DNA from: Methanothrix sp.
Lineage (GTDB): Archaea; Halobacteriota; Methanosarcinia; Methanotrichales; Methanotrichaceae
Assembly (NCBI GenBank): GCA_963682135.1
Contig: OY821645.1
Span: 928,001 to 992,000 of the forward strand
DNA length: 64,000 nt
Direction of reading: 5' to 3'
Under the pieces are notes generated by a model. The model saw only the letters and a list, made by a program, of their open reading frames with translations. It had not been told where the DNA came from and ran no database searches. The position numbers and the translations under genes were made by a program. Within the stretch, counting starts at the first letter, position 1. Each line of letters opens with the position of its first letter. Below are positions 62,423 to 64,000 of the stretch, in pieces.

Positions 62423-63649
62423 TCAACCCCGTTGGGGCGGCACAACCTGGCGGATGCACAGGCTCGCTATCAGGCAGAAGACGCCCAGATAGAGGAAGAC
62501 CAGCAAGAAGTTGTCACCCGTAACATCCAGCAGGTAGCCGGAGAGCGTGGGCCCCAGCGGCCCGGCCACAAAGCCGTAGGCGGCAAAGGTCAGGCCGAAG
62601 ATGGCACCGAAATGCTCCAGGCCGAAACAGTCCGCCACCAGTGGTGCAGAGACTGAGAAGAGAGTACCGAAGGAAAAGCCCACCACCGCAGCCAGCAGAG
62701 TGCAGGCCCCCAGAGCGTTGGCCCAGGGAAGGAGGAAGTAGGCGAAAGCGGCAGCCAGGAAGGCCAGGCTCATGACCTGATTTCGGCCAAACCGATCTGA
62801 GAGAATGCCGCTGATGAGGCGGCTTATTCCGTTGGTCAGATTGAAGGCGGTGAGGATGAGAATGGCCGAGGGCAGGGAAAATCCCAGGAAAAGTCCGTAT
62901 TCTGTGGCGAGTAGAGTCAGGGAGACACCTGCTGCTCCGGCAAAGGTCCAGGTGATCCAGAGCAGCCAGAAGCTTCTGGTGTGCAGGCTCTCCATTACAG
63001 AAAATGATTTTGCAGCTATGACCTGCGGCGCTGGTTTTGCAGCAACGCTCCCGGCACGCCGGGCAGAGGCGGCATTCTCCCAGGCCTCTGGAGCGCGGGC
63101 AAAATAGGCACCCAGAAGGCCGATGGAAAGGGCGAGAACGGCCAAATACAGATTCATGAATTGATAGCCGAATGCGAAGAGCATTTTAGCGAAGAGCGGG
63201 GACATGATGGCTGCCGAGATGCCAAAGACCATGCTCACCAGACCTGCCGCCAGGCCCCTCCTTTTGGGGTAGCACCACTGCACCAGTGTCAGGGCCGGGA
63301 CGTAGACGAAGCTGGAGGCCATGCCGTTAAAAAAAGCCCAGACATAGACGGTGTGAATCGAACCCGCCTGGGAGACAACCAGCGAGGCGAAGGCGGTGAG
63401 GATGACGCCCAGGACTATCATGCGCCGCAGGCCCCAGCGCTCCTGCCAGCGGCCCACCAGGAACATGAAAGCGCCTACCGCAGCGAGCATAAAGAAGATG
63501 GTCAGGCCCGTGGCAGCCCGCCCCACATGAAACATCTCCTGCCAGATGGGGGCCATGACCCCAGGAAAGCCAAAGGTGAGAGCGCCCGGCCAGAAGATAG
63601 CAACGCAAGCGCCGAGTACGGCTAATAGGGCTTTCCGGTCTTTAGGCAA
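62423..63649 (-). CDS. MFS transporter, oxalate/formate antiporter (OFA)-like
   Basis: 12 TM; YPKRRGLAAG, NGISRLISGILSDRFGR, FGLEHFGAIFG. Confidence 0.85.
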   Translation of the reverse strand: MPKDRKALLAVLGACVAIFWPGALTFGFPGVMAPIWQEMFHVGRAATGLTIFFMLAAVGAFMFLVGRWQERWGLRRMIVLGVILTAFASLVVSQAGSIHTVYVWAFFNGMASSFVYVPALTLVQWCYPKRRGLAAGLVSMVFGISAAIMSPLFAKMLFAFGYQFMNLYLAVLALSIGLLGAYFARAPEAWENAASARRAGSVAAKPAPQVIAAKSFSVMESLHTRSFWLLWITWTFAGAAGVSLTLLATEYGLFLGFSLPSAILILTAFNLTNGISRLISGILSDRFGRNQVMSLAFLAAAFAYFLLPWANALGACTLLAAVVGFSFGTLFSVSAPLVADCFGLEHFGAIFGLTFAAYGFVAGPLGPTLSGYLLDVTGDNFLLVFLYLGVFCLIASLCIRQVVPPQRG

Positions 63650-63752
63650 TCAGATCAATCTCCATGAGGCAAGCTAGCATGGGACATACATCTGGCTTTC
63701 GCTCCTGTGCTCTCGAAAATACTAAATACACATACATACACAGATAATACTC

Positions 63753-63980
63753 ATGTCCACGAGAACCATCAGCATAACCGATGAAGCATACCTTAAGCTG
63801 AAAAGCCTGAAAGCCTCGGAGAAGGAAAGCTTCTCAGATGTGATCCTGAAATACTACCCCTCCAGAAAAAAACTCTCTGTTGTCTTGGCTGAGATCGGTG
63901 TGAGCAAAGATCTGGCAGATTCAATCGAGAAGGCATCCAAAGAGATGCGCCAGGCCAAAATGCGAGGTGCTGACCTTTGA
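63753..63980 (+). CDS. VapB-family antitoxin (DUF217-like)
   Basis: [19 protein letters not shown]...ESFSDVI. Confidence 0.88.
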   Translation: MSTRTISITDEAYLKLKSLKASEKESFSDVILKYYPSRKKLSVVLAEIGVSKDLADSIEKASKEMRQAKMRGADL

Positions 63981-64000
63981 TCGTCCTGGACACTGCCTTC
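63977..64000 (+). CDS. VapC/PIN toxin, 5' end only
   Basis: TTGA overlap with the antitoxin; MIVLDTAF is a PIN N-terminal motif. Confidence 0.7.

Overview
Archaeal chromosomal window. Gene content and sequence style (archaeal r-proteins, Csl4/Rpo11, PGF-CTERM protein, initiator tRNA) point to a Methanothrix/Methanosaeta-like methanogen; this is inference. It contains: (i) a conserved translation operon (rps19e to ftsY); (ii) an accessory array downstream of ftsY, where three copies of the ftsY 3' half alternate with cargo (TPR gene, DUF6978/DUF1828-1829 pair, GNAT toxin-antitoxin bracketed by a 118-bp direct repeat); (iii) a ~15-kb cell-surface locus built around a four-gene, translationally coupled operon (1377-aa secreted repeat protein, membrane-anchored paralog, 4-TM protein, divergent tubulin/FtsZ/CetZ-like GTPase), flanked by a vWA/Cna-B PGF-CTERM adhesin and two AT-rich surface genes; (iv) housekeeping genes, tRNA-iMet, CDC48, a three-gene PemK module, and an IS1341-type tnpB element inserted into the Shine-Dalgarno of a prpB-like gene; (v) a formate locus with two FdhA paralogs, NfnA/NfnB-like flavoproteins and FdhC but no FdhB. 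No CRISPR array, rRNA or integrase was seen. All family calls come from motif recognition, not database searches.
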